A stretch of 64,000 nt of DNA. It comes from Octopus vulgaris. Its lineage: Eukaryota. The position numbers and the translations under genes are program-made. This document shows positions 50,041 to 64,000 of the stretch, piece by piece (positions within the stretch are counted from its first letter, which is position 1; each line of letters starts with the position of its first letter). Below the pieces are notes generated by a model. That model saw only the letters and a program-made list of their open reading frames with translations, was not told where the DNA came from and made no database searches. The DNA lies in the NCBI GenBank assembly GCA_951406725.2, contig OX597832.1, positions 50,034,001 through 50,098,000 of the forward strand, read 5' to 3'.

Positions 50041-50447
50041 TAGGCACAGGAGTGGCTGTGTGGTAAGTAGCTTGCTTACGAACCACATGGTTCCAGGTTC
50101 AGTCCCACTGCGTGGCACCTTGGGCAAGTGTCTTCTACTATAGCCTCTGGCCGACCAAAGCCTTGAGTGGATTGTTAGATGGAAACTGAAAGAAGCCCAT
50201 CATATATATGTATATATATATGTGTGCGTGTATGTTTGTGTGTCTGTGTTTGTCCCCCTAGCATTGCTTGACAACCGATGCTGGTGTGTTTATGTCCCCG
50301 TCACTTAGCGGTTCGGCAAAAGAGACCGATGGAATAAGTACTGGGCTTACAAAGAATAAGTCCTGGGGTCAAGTTGCTTGATTTAAGGCGGTGCTCCAGC
50401 ATGGCCTCAGTCAAATGACTGAAACAAGTAAAAGAGAGTAAAGAGTA
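50041..50447 (+). mobile_element. Family A SINE, full length
   Basis: Co-linear; inverted relative to the 49029 copy. Confidence 0.9.
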
Positions 50448-51095
50448 TATTTATATATATATGTGTGTGTGTGTGTTTGTTTGGAACCATGGGTCGTCTG
50501 AGACAGGTTGGTATCAAAAGGATCAAACAGGGCACCAGATTTAGTATTACCATCTAAGAGCTAGAACAGTTCTTCTTTTGGGATTCCACGCATTCTTTAT
50601 CTACTGGATTCCACTTAAAAAGGTTTTGATTGATTTGAAGTTCCATCAGGAAACACTTGTTCAAGTGGGATCAAATGCCTAAATCATTTAGTTGCAAAGC
50701 AAACTTCTTAATGACTCTGGTCATTACATGGCAAAGAACTGAATGAACACCACCAACAAAGACAAGTACAAATGTCAACAGCAACAATGACAAGAACATC
50801 AGTGGTGTTAATGTTAATTTTGTAAAGTGTTTAATGTCAGAAGTTGAAGGGTGAATGTGCTTCCTCAACAAGAAAGGTACCTTTTTAGGTTAAAACTCAT
50901 CCTTTCATGAATAATGATTCATAATGTCAGAGCTTAACTCCTGTACTATTAAGCAGATGAAAGATAAATCTGTACTGGATGGAACAGCAGGCTGGTATTG
51001 GTAATTTTTGCTAGGAAAAAAAAACTCTGTTGTCCTTATTCCTCACAGCTGAAGAGATCTGAGGTAAATAGACGATAAAATGAACTGCCCAAATA

Positions 51096-51484
51096 GGATC
51101 TTTTCGGTTTGAATGGCAGTTTTTAACATAATTTCTAGGTAACTAAAAAATTTTAAACTTCGTATACTGGTAGAATGTGTTTATAAAACATCTTTTTCTC
51201 TTGGCTTTATTGAGAAAATTCTATAGTTTGTAAGATATTTGTTGTTTTTTTTCTTCAATGACGTCTATTGAGTTAAAAAGCATTCTGTGCCGTTTGAATA
51301 TGTCCCTCGTTTAAGAAACAGATTGGGTTTATTTACATTTGTGAAGGGAAAAAAAGATACCCTTCCTCCACCCCTAACCCTAAAACAGATTGAAATGCAA
51401 TAGATCAATATAAGGGTCATAATTATGGGTGACAATTTCATTTGACGCCGCTAGAAAAAACTGCCGTTCAAACCGAAAAGATCC
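51096..51484. mobile_element. Merlin-like MITE, perfect 8-bp TSD
   Basis: TSD cccaaata at 51088-51095 and 51485-51492; same TIRs and body as 17079. Confidence 0.85.
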
Positions 51485-51757
51485 CCCAAATACTCAAAAC
51501 ACTTGGAGCAAATGCGATATCAACATCATTGGCATTTCTCATATCAAAAACTTGGAGGTTTATCTGGAACTTAAAAAACTATGAAACAAAAGTCAAATAT
51601 CTTATTAATCTGGCCATTTGACTCAGTCCATGTGGATTGTAGTTTTGAAATGAGTTATTATTGTTTAGTCTTAGCTGGACATTGATAGACAAGACCTGTG
51701 GTCAAAATCAAAGTTGTTTCACCCTTATTTAATTAGTTTCTTTCTCTCTCATACTCA

Positions 51758-51789
<32 letters not shown>

Positions 51790-52137
51790 TGTCTCCAAAT
51801 GTCTTTGCATTGACACTGCTTCAACTGTGGTGGCGTTTTGTACCTTCTAATCTTCTAAACTCAAAAATGTCTATCCAGTAGCAGTTCGATGTGTTTTGTT
51901 ATGAAATAACCTAACTTACACAAAACAATGAAAGTAAACATCAGGATTGTCATCTCAGCAAGTCTCATCTGTGTGTGTGTGTGTCTGCATGTATGTACGT
52001 GCATATACCTCCCCCTCACATACACATGTACATATTTATATACACACATATACATATGCTTTATGATATTATACATACACATCTATATATATATATATAT
52101 ATATATAAGCAAAAATAAGCAACAAGAATAACTTTGG

Positions 52138-52229
52138 TAATTTGGTACGATCGTTTCACGCTACATCATTTTATTAAATATTGTAAGTATTACAACAGTT
52201 TTAAAATGTTGAGCAATCATCAGCCATTA
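52138..52229 (-). ncRNA. Type I hammerhead with long stem II (HHR8)
   Basis: TAA TGG CTGATGA [59-nt hairpin] GAA ACGATCGT A CCA-aa-TTA; intact core, palindromic stem III, GUA triplet. Confidence 0.7.
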
Positions 52230-52240
52230 ATAGAGCTTTC

Positions 52241-52339
<99 letters not shown>

Positions 52340-52431
52340 AAGTTAATTCAAACAAGAAAGCACAAAAAAACATAACAACGCAAGGACATGGAACAAATAT
52401 AGTATTATTGGACGCTCAGGAAAGAAGGAGG

Positions 52432-52466
52432 GTTTAACGTTTTGAGTGGAGCTCTTCGTCGGAAAC
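52432..52466 (-). ncRNA. Minimal hammerhead (HHR9), U4C core, G12A decay
   Basis: GTTT CCGACGA A GAG-ctcca-CTC AAA ACGT T AAAC; stems I and II pair, ACGT palindrome. Confidence 0.6.
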
Positions 52467-52539
52467 ATAGTAGAAGGAAAGATCCAGAGAAGGGAAGACA
52501 GAGGAAAAAAAATCGCCAACGGTACACTTATATATATAT

Positions 52540-52950
52540 CTTTCTGTGCGTGGAGGGGAAGCTATAGTACAAGACACTTGCATGGAACCTTGGGCAAGTG
52601 TCTTCTACTATAGCCCTAGGTGAACCAAAATCATGTGAGTTAATGGAAACTGAAAGAAGGCCATTGTAAACATGTGTGTGTGTGTGTGTGTGTGTGAGTG
52701 TACCTTTGACCTGGCATCATGTGATGGTTGTTGTAAATGAGCATCATCATCATACAAGCAATGTTACTTATTTTCAAGTTTTCTGAGAAAAACATGTCTG
52801 GTTTATGGGAAAATACTATCTTGCCTGGAAACAGTTGAGCGTTGGCAACGGGAAAGGCATCTGGCCATAGAAAATTCACCTCAACAAAATTCTTTTGACC
52901 CTTGCAAGCATGGAAAACAGACATTAAAATCATTATGATGATGATGGTGA
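52540..52950 (+). mobile_element. CORE-like SINE with RTE-type tail (family E); related copies at 14030-14430, 55330-55580, 61790-62340
   Basis: accttgggcaagtgtc ... gggaaaggcatctggcc ... catggaaaacagacattaaaat(gat)n. Confidence 0.7.
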
Positions 52951-53227
52951 TGTGTATCAGCAAATAGAAATGTGGGTGTGCATACACACACTCATATATT
53001 TGTCTTTATGTATTGAAATAGCTTGTCTTACTACTTCATAAGAGTTCAATGTAAGGAATGTTTTTCTGCAGCAGCACTCCACCATAGATTTCATTATTGC
53101 ATCTGGTTGGTAACATCAAGCTATGAGTTATGAGGTATTTACTCCCGAGGCAGGATATTTTAGTAAATATTCAACTTGATATATGTTTTGTTCAGTACTT
53201 CTGGTTTTGTTTATCTAAGCACCCATA

Positions 53228-56240
<3,013 letters not shown>

Positions 56241-57798
56241 CTATTGGTTATTTCTCCCACTCCCCACCTCTCGTGTCTGACAACACTGACCTATCTGTGG
56301 CAGATGAGGCATTGTGTTGTCTTTATGCATCTCTACATCCTTCGGCATGGAAAAAGACATATGGTTCACTGCAGAAAATAGTCTGAATTCAATGATGCAT
56401 GGAGAATAACAATGTGATTGTATGGTGGCAGTCTTGCTGGTGGTGGCGGTGGTGGTGGTGAAGGTTAGAGAGAGAGAGAGAGAGAGTGAAGAGAGTGCGA
56501 TTGGAGTAAGATTGAAGATTATTATTATTGTTATTATTATTATTATTTTTGTATTGTGTGAATTATATGGAAGAATTGTGTATGTATATGCATGTGTGAA
56601 CAGAGTGTTTGTTTGTGTTTACATGCGTATGTGTTTGTTGTGGTGGTGGTGGTGGTGGTCGTGGTAGGGGTTTGAAGAAGAGGTTTGTAGATATGAAGCA
56701 GTTTATGTGTAAGAATATAGTAATGTGTATGTATGTGTATGAGAGAGATAGAGAGGCAGAGCATTACTGTTCATCTGCATGAACAGATCTGTGTTTGTGT
56801 GTGTGTATATGCATAATATATTTGTTTGTATTGTGTGTTAAGGTGTGGGGAAATGGTGAGTTTTTATGTGTATTGTGGAATAATAGAGGTAAGAGTTTTG
56901 TGTGCGTATACATAAAAAACATGTGTAGTGTGAAGATGTTGATGAGCGTAGATATAAACGAAGAGGTGTATATGTTGAAAGGTAGAAAGATATCTTTTGT
57001 TTTTTTTTCAAGTGAACAAAGAAGAGAATGCATATGTATGTGTATGTATGTATGTGTATGTGTGTGTGAATGAAGAGCTGGTTGTATGTGTATGTATGTG
57101 AGTGCATAGATGAAGAGGTACTTGTGTGTGCGTGTGTGTGTATTGTGCATCAAGAAATGAAGACGTGTGTATAGCTGATTGCTACCTTTAGTCCGCTCTT
57201 TCAATTAACAGACAGCTGTTAATATGTGAAGAGAATCTCTGATCTCTTTCTGTTACTAAAGAGCTGCAGAATTGTCCATAACAGAATTGGTGCTGCTGAT
57301 AAGATCTTCACTGCTTTTATTGTCGTTACAATTTGAGTATGTGGGATCAAATAGAAGTCCTTCTCTTGATTTGAGTATGTGGGATCAAATGAAAGTCTTT
57401 CTCTCTGGTGTGATTCGAAGAAGAATTGATCGCTTATTACTAACATAGAAAAAAAGAAACAAAAGCGAAAATAAGAAACAAAAAATAAATTAAGGATATT
57501 TGTGTTGATAATTATAACGGATGATGTTAACATTAAAGGTGATGATGGCAGGCTACGAAAGAAGTTTCCCAGATGGCGTTGACGTGTTGGACAGTCCTTA
57601 ACGACTGTCTGTGAATCATTAAAAAACATCTATCTCCAATGCTGTGATGATGACTAACAATGATGAAAAAAGATAATAATGAGGATGATGATTATGATGG
57701 TCACAATAACGAGGAGGAAGGTGAAGGTGCATGGCTTAGGGGTTAGGGTGATTCAATCACGAAAGGTTGTAAAACCTGATGTTGTTGTTGCTGCTGCT

Positions 57799-58183
57799 TT
57801 GTTTGTTTGTTTGTTTGTCGAGCGAAGCGGACTTCGTCCCAGAGTGGGAGAATTCCGAAACGTGATCCTTTGCTATTCGTAAGACCCGCAGAAGAGAGAG
57901 CAGGTCAATCCCCGACACCGAGAGCATCGTAGGATGGATGAATGCGCATCCAGGCTCAGCGGTTGCGTAGGAAGTCGGGGACAAGAAACAGGAAGAAAGA
58001 GTGAGAGAAAGTTGGAGCGAAAGAGTACAACAGGGGTCACCACCACCACCCCCTGCCGGAGCCTCGTGGAGGTTTAGGTGTTTTCGCTCAATAAACACAC
58101 ACAACTCCCGGTCTGGGAATCGAAACCGCGATCCTCCGACCACGAGTCCGCTGCCCTAACCATTGGGCCATTGCGCCTCCACC
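57799..58183 (-). mobile_element. tRNA SINE, family C head with a different 3' half and (ACAA)n tail
   Basis: TSD gttgttgctgctgct at 57784-57798 and 58184-58198. Confidence 0.85.
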
Positions 58184-60364
58184 GTTGTTGCTGCTGCTAT
58201 TTAACCTTGAGTTAACTATGTTCAGTTAAGCTAATGATTAGATGCCTTCCAGCCATGGCAAGACTGTCTTTTATCCAAACACAATGTATGTAGGACTTCA
58301 TAAGTTAATGAGATAGATCACCATTGTTCTAAAATGCTAGGTGTGATTAGAGAGAAAATTTGCTGCTGTTTCTAGCAGGTCGAGTATTCACAACCAGGCT
58401 TTAAGATAAGGTCTAGATGTAGACCTTATTATAATTCTGTGAAGTCATGCAGCTGTGTTGATGTTTAAATTGTTCATGTTTGCATTTGGAAATGTTCATG
58501 TGTGTGTACATGATTGTAAGTTTGCATAACTTCATGCCCATCCATATTTCTGGAAAGAGAAGACTGTAGAAATCTCTCTCTTACTCTGTCTGTCTCTCTC
58601 TGCCTCTCTCTCTCTCTCACACACACACACACATCTTTGTTTATATTTATTATGAACATGTGTATTATGGATATAAGTCTTTCTCTCTCTCACCTCTCAC
58701 CCGTCCCTCTCTCTCTCTCATTAACTGTTCAAAAGTGTAAACAGTTTTCTGATGATTGCCTTTAGGTAGCATGAAACCTGGGCAATGAAGCCAAGAAATT
58801 TCGTACCTTGGCATGTTAATAAATACACTTTTGCAGTTATTGAGAATTCTCTTTCTTGTTTATCCTCCTATGACACGCATGCACGTGCGCACATATGTTA
58901 TTAATTGTGCAGAAGTAGAACACTTGAGTGGATAAATTCAATATTGGTATGCCACCATGTAGATATTAAGTTTAAATCTACTGCAGGCATTTTTGCTTTG
59001 TGTTTCAACAGTACACTTAATTCTGCATGTCTCAGTTCACCTAGGTGTTGGTAAGTATCAGATGAGCTAAAAATATTATCTACAATAGAGTGGCTTCAAA
59101 TCTTCATGTAGAATCTATCTTGTGTCTACTTATCATCATTAAAGCCACACCTAAGCATTGGTTGAAATGTGGTGTAATAAACAAATGCAAGATAGATGTA
59201 CAGCATTTAGGAGTGATTCTGTATTATTTTTACAGTAAGGTGGTGAGCTGGCAGAATTGTTAGCATGCTGGATGAAATGCTTAGCAGTATTTTGTCTGCC
59301 TCTATGTTCTGAGTTCAAATTCCGCAGAGGTCGACTTTACCTTTCATCCTTTGGGGTCGATTAAATAAGTACGAGTTACGCACTGGGGTCGATATAATAG
59401 ACAGGGCTTATTTAGACTAATATACCCTACACACACCCTGGTAGTGAAAGGCTCTCAGCTCCCACTGGACCTAGCGCATGACCCCCATCCATGACGTCCA
59501 GGAGAAGTGTGTTAGTTGATTGCACTGATTGGGGTTGGTGCAATCAGCTAACACACTTCTGAAAATTTCAGGCCTTGTACCTATGGTGCACACATGCACA
59601 CAGACACACAGATGATAGGCTTGTTCACAATTTCCCCTCTACCAAATTCACTCACAAGGCATTTGTCATCTTGGGGCTATAGCAGAAAACTGCACAGCAG
59701 GATTGAACCTAAAATCATGAGGTTGCAAAGTGAGCTTCTTAACCCCACTGCTTTTATGCCTAGTCACTCTTTTCACATTTCGAGTGCGAATCTTGCTATG
59801 GTTGATTTAAAAAGATGTTTTTTTTTTATTTTTAACCTTTCATCTCACCAAAGAAACAGAACCCCCCACCCCACTCTTGATAAAGTGTAAGTCCATTGAT
59901 TTTCTTTCCCTGTGCATTTGTAACCTTTTGTCATTGTAAGAGATTGTTGTTGTGCATATCTGGCAAAATTCACAAAAATATGGAAACAAGAAACAAAACA
60001 AAAAAAAAATACACTTTACATCTTACGATGATGATGATGATGATGATGCATAATTTAGTTTGTTGTTTCAAAAAAAAAGAAAAAATCACAAAACATGAGA
60101 TTGTCATGATGTATTTTTGTTTTGTTTTTACAATTAAAATTTGAAGAAAAACAAAAATCAGAAAATAAAATTCTCTCTTATTTCTTGAATTTAAATCATG
60201 AGATGAAAATGAAGAGAGGAAAAAATAACAATTCTGTCCTTTCCAAACACTAAACTTAGATGTACTTTAAAAGCATTTATTTCTGTTTTATTTTATTTTA
60301 TTGCATTTTATAAAATGTTTGTAATGCATCATGCATTGTTTTGCAAGTGAAACAGAGAAAGAAA

Positions 60365-60690
60365 TCATCATCATCATCATCATTGTTTAGCGTCCGCTTT
60401 CCATGCTGGCATGGGTTGGATGGTTCAACTGGGGTCTGGGAAGCCCAGAAGGCTGCACCAGGCCCAGTCTGATCTGGCAATGTTTCTACAGCTGGATGCC
60501 CTTCCTAACGCCAACCACTCCATGAGTGTAGTGGGTGCTTTTTACATGGCACAGGTGCCAGACGAGGCTGCCAAACAGCCACGATCGGATGGTGCTTTTT
60601 ACGTGTGAGGCTGGTAACGGCCACGTTCGGATGGTTCTCTTACATGCCAGCGGCACTGGTATCACAGCTACAGTTTCCATTGATGTTGAT
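60365..60690 (-). mobile_element. Family D RTE-tailed retroposon
   Basis: (CAT)n, gtccgctttccatgc, ggatgcccttcctaacgccaacc. Confidence 0.75.
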
Positions 60691-61165
60691 CGATTTTGAT
60701 TTTGATTTTGTAAAAAACAAAAGCAAAAACTATCAATATAAATAGAGCTTTTAACTTTTACTTGTTTCAATCATTGGACTGTGTCTATGCTAGTCAAAAA
60801 AAAAAAAATCAACCATAATACTTATATTTTTAAAGTCTGACTCTTATTCTATCAGTCAATTTTGCTGAACCGCTAGGTTACAAGGGACATAGACAAACCA
60901 ACAACAGTTGTCAAGCAGTGAAGGGGGCAAAGACAGAGAGAGTCACACACACGTGCATGCATGTCAGGCTTCTGCACAGTTTCTGTCTACCAAATCCACT
61001 CACAAGGCTTTAGTCAGCACAAGCCTATAGTAGAAGACACTTGTCAAGCTACCACACTCTGCAACCAAACCCAGAACCATGTGGTTGGGGAGCAGACTTT
61101 GTGACCACACAGCCATTCTGGTTTCTGTACTTATTTATATTAAATCCATTATTTTATTGAAAGGG

Positions 61166-61620
61166 TTAGTTAGTTAGTTAGTTAGTTAATTTGGCTCAAA
61201 AGCAAATAGCAAGGCCATGTAGGGGGACATGGAGTTAAGTACAGGGTGGTGTTCATGTAAAGAGTTTAGGCCACTTGAGGTCAAGGGAGGCTTTGAACAA
61301 AGCGGTCGTCGGCATCTTCACCATCTCGTCTGGCGGCTTGTTCCACGATCCGCAACCCGGACGGAGAAAGCTCCTCTCCTTCGATTGAGATGAAATTGTC
61401 GCAGGTAGAGCTTTTCGGAATGACCCCGCAGCCGACGCTCTGGAGCAGGAGTGAAGAACAGCTCTTTCGAGAGGTTACACTTTCCGCTTATGATGTTGTG
61501 GGCGAGAATGAGATCACCACAGCGGCGGCGTTTTTCTAGAGAATAAAGGTCGAGCGTCCTCAGCCTTTCTTCATAGGACAAATTTTTGAGACCATGAACC
61601 ATGCGGGTTGATTCCAATAA
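61166..61620 (-). mobile_element. CR1-clade LINE 3' end
   Basis: TRMVHGLKNLSYEERLRTLDLYSLEKRRRCGDLI...RGHSEKL...AFSVRV / WNKLPDEMVK...FKASLD; (CTAA)n tail. Confidence 0.9.
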
Positions 61621-61839
61621 GGTTTCAACTAGGAACTACATAAAAATCTGGAACTAAATCTTGTAAGACATTTAATCTAGCACTTTACCAATTCCGTTTT
61701 CCTACTACTTAACCATGGAGAATATTAATATATAAGTCTTATAAGGCTGTGAGTATTTATGTATGTGTGTCAGTATTTGCGTGTGTATTTATGTGTGGGT
61801 GTGCTTGTGCATACCTTTGCTTAGATATCACATGACAGT

Positions 61840-62139
61840 TGTGGAGGCGCATGGCCTAGTGGTTAGAGCAGCGGATTCGCCGTCGAGGGATCGCGGGTTC
61901 GAATCTCAGACCGGGCGATGTGTGTGTTTATGAGCGAAACACCTAAGCTCTACGCAGCTCCGACAGAAGGTAATGGAGAACTTCTGTTGACTCTTTCGCC
62001 ACAACTTTCTCTCACTCTTTCCTCCTGCATCTTGCAGCTCACCTGCAATGGACCGGTGTCCCGTCCAGGTGGGGAACCTATACGCCTAGGAAACCGGGAA
62101 ACCGGCCCTTTATGAGCCAGGCATGGCTCGAGAAGGAAC
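61840..62139 (+). mobile_element. Family C tRNA SINE (V-like) nested in a family E SINE
   Basis: tggcctagtggtt, ggttcgaatctc; a(t/c)gacagttg on both flanks. Confidence 0.85.
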
Positions 62140-63196
62140 ACGACAGTTGCAAATGAGCCTCATCATCATGATACAAGCAAGATTGTTCATTTCCTGTCTT
62201 CTGTGGAAAATATCCAGCAACGGGAAAGTATTACTTTGCTTTGGAAGCAGGTGAGAGTTGGTGACAGGAAGGGCATCCGGCCATGAAAAAAAAAACCTGC
62301 CCTAAATTCCAGTCACGGAAAAGTGGACGTTAAATGATGATGATGGACTTTGAAGGTAGTGTTTCTATGAACCTCTGTGTCTGTTGGTGGGATGGGGTAG
62401 GGGTAGGTGCATTATGTAGAGTCTCAATGAAATACTTTCTGTAGATTTGATCACACATGGCGCTATAATAGAATGGTCCAGAACGTTTACCTCTGCAAAA
62501 TGAATTGAGAATAAATGAATAATTCAATATAATTATCGAAGGTTGAGTTGAGCTCTATCAGAAAGAATTTTGATGAGACTGATTGATGTGTATAAAATGA
62601 CTACTAACAATGAAGATGCTGACAATGACAATGATGATGATGATGACAATGACAATGCTTAGGATGACTATGATGGTGATGATGATGTTGACAATGGCAA
62701 CTATAATTTTTTTTTTTTTATCAAAATGATTGTTTTCATATGATGTCTTTTGAAAATAAAAATAAATGAAAAAAACATTTATACAGTTCATCCTTGTAAA
62801 CTCATTGTATTATATTCTTAAAAGGAAAAATACAAAAAATAAGTGTAAAGAAAAAGAAAAGAAAAAAAAAACAATCAAATAAAATAGAATAGAATAAATT
62901 AAATAAATTGCATAAAAAATTCACCAAAAAAAAAATAGGGAGATTTTTTTGGGTTAATCATAATTTTGTACAAAGGAAAGGCTTTTTCCTCCTGAGATGA
63001 GATAAACAAGTCTTTCTGAAAACATGAAGTCATTTTATTTTAGTACTACCCCTACTATTTCCAACCCCCTTACATATCCCAGATCCCTCTTCAGCACCAC
63101 GTACACTTTCCCCCCATTGTAACAGTCATAGAAACCTTTGAGTCATCCGAGTCATTAATAGAAATGTTGGTTTCTGTTTGTGCGTGCCTTTTATTT

Positions 63197-63231
<35 letters not shown>

Positions 63232-63469
63232 GTGTGTGTGTTTGTTATCTTTTGATCGGAAGGTTTATTTAGTTCAAGGTGTGTTACTCACAAAGTGAGA
63301 ATTGTCCCTGGAAAATAAGTAAATAAAATATAAAAAAAGAAAGAAAAAATGAAAAAAAAAATAGACCCTATCCCATGTATTGTGTCTGTCTATATAAAGG
63401 CGTGTATTTATGCATGTGTGCACATGTCTTTTATGATGTGCGTATTATATATAAAACAAATGAATTGTT

Positions 63470-64000
63470 TTGTTTTTGGATTTGGTTTGCAAGATTCTTT
63501 GTGAGTTCGTGTGTTGAAGCATATTCTGTTGTGTCTGGGAGAGAGTCATTTTCTTTTTGTGCCTTATAATTTACCATACTCACTGGTAAAATTTCCACTT
63601 ATTTCTTATTTTTATTCTCTTAAAATTTTCGTTGCGTCTTGCAACCTTTTCAATAGTCTTGACCCTATTGAAAAGGTTGCAAGACACAACGAAAATTTCT
63701 TTTTGTGCCTTATAATTTACCATACTCACCGGTAAAATTTTCACTTATTTCTTATTTTTATTTTCCTAAAATTTTCATTGCGTCTTGCAACCTTTTCAAT
63801 AATCTTGACTCTATCGAAAAGGTTGCAAGACACAATGAAAATTTCTTTTTGTGCCTTATAATTTACCATACTCACCGGTAAAATTTCCACTTATTTCTTA
63901 TTTTTATTTTCCTAAAATTTTTGTTGCATCTTACAACCTTTTCAATAGAGTCAAGACTATTGAAAAGGTTGCAAGACGCAACGAAAATTTTAGGAAAATA
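63470..64000. repeat. 146-bp tandem array of fold-back hairpin units derived from a retroposon body; runs off the window
   Basis: gtgcc unit starts at 63559, 63705, 63851; each unit has 34-bp inverted arms around an 8-nt loop. Confidence 0.9.

Noticed and set aside
57930-58010. HDV-like ribozyme in the SINE 3' half (ccccgac/gtcgggg pairing, ttcctac loop)
   Set aside because: Could not assemble the P1/P1.1/P3 nested pseudoknot
58745-58790. Hammerhead-like CTGATGA T TGC...GCA T GAAAC as a functional ribozyme
   Set aside because: Core present but the UH site and stem I are broken; kept only as support for the U-U variant

Overview
AT-rich, CpG-poor animal genomic DNA. By inference from its repeat families it is most likely an octopus (coleoid cephalopod) intron or intergenic region. 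The window is dominated by microsatellites (TA, CA, AAT, GGT, CTT) and mobile elements. These include several tRNA-derived SINE families (CORE-like, Meta-like, V-like, RTE-tailed), RTE-BovB and CR1 LINE 3' fragments, Tc1/mariner transposase relics, and MITEs (mariner, Tigger, Tc2, piggyBac-like, Merlin-like, hAT, Helitron-like). No host protein-coding gene could be identified with confidence. Nearly all entries in the ORF track are microsatellite or SINE artefacts. The most interesting signal is about ten type I hammerhead ribozyme (HHR) motifs of Penelope/retrozyme style. Three lie inside a tRNA-headed SINE, two lie in tandem in one small element, one has an approximately 59-nt stem II, and there are recurring non-canonical variants (CCGANGA core; U-U at the base of stem II). 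The window ends in a 146-bp tandem hairpin array whose loop flips orientation. All RNA structures were folded by eye, and element boundaries are approximate.
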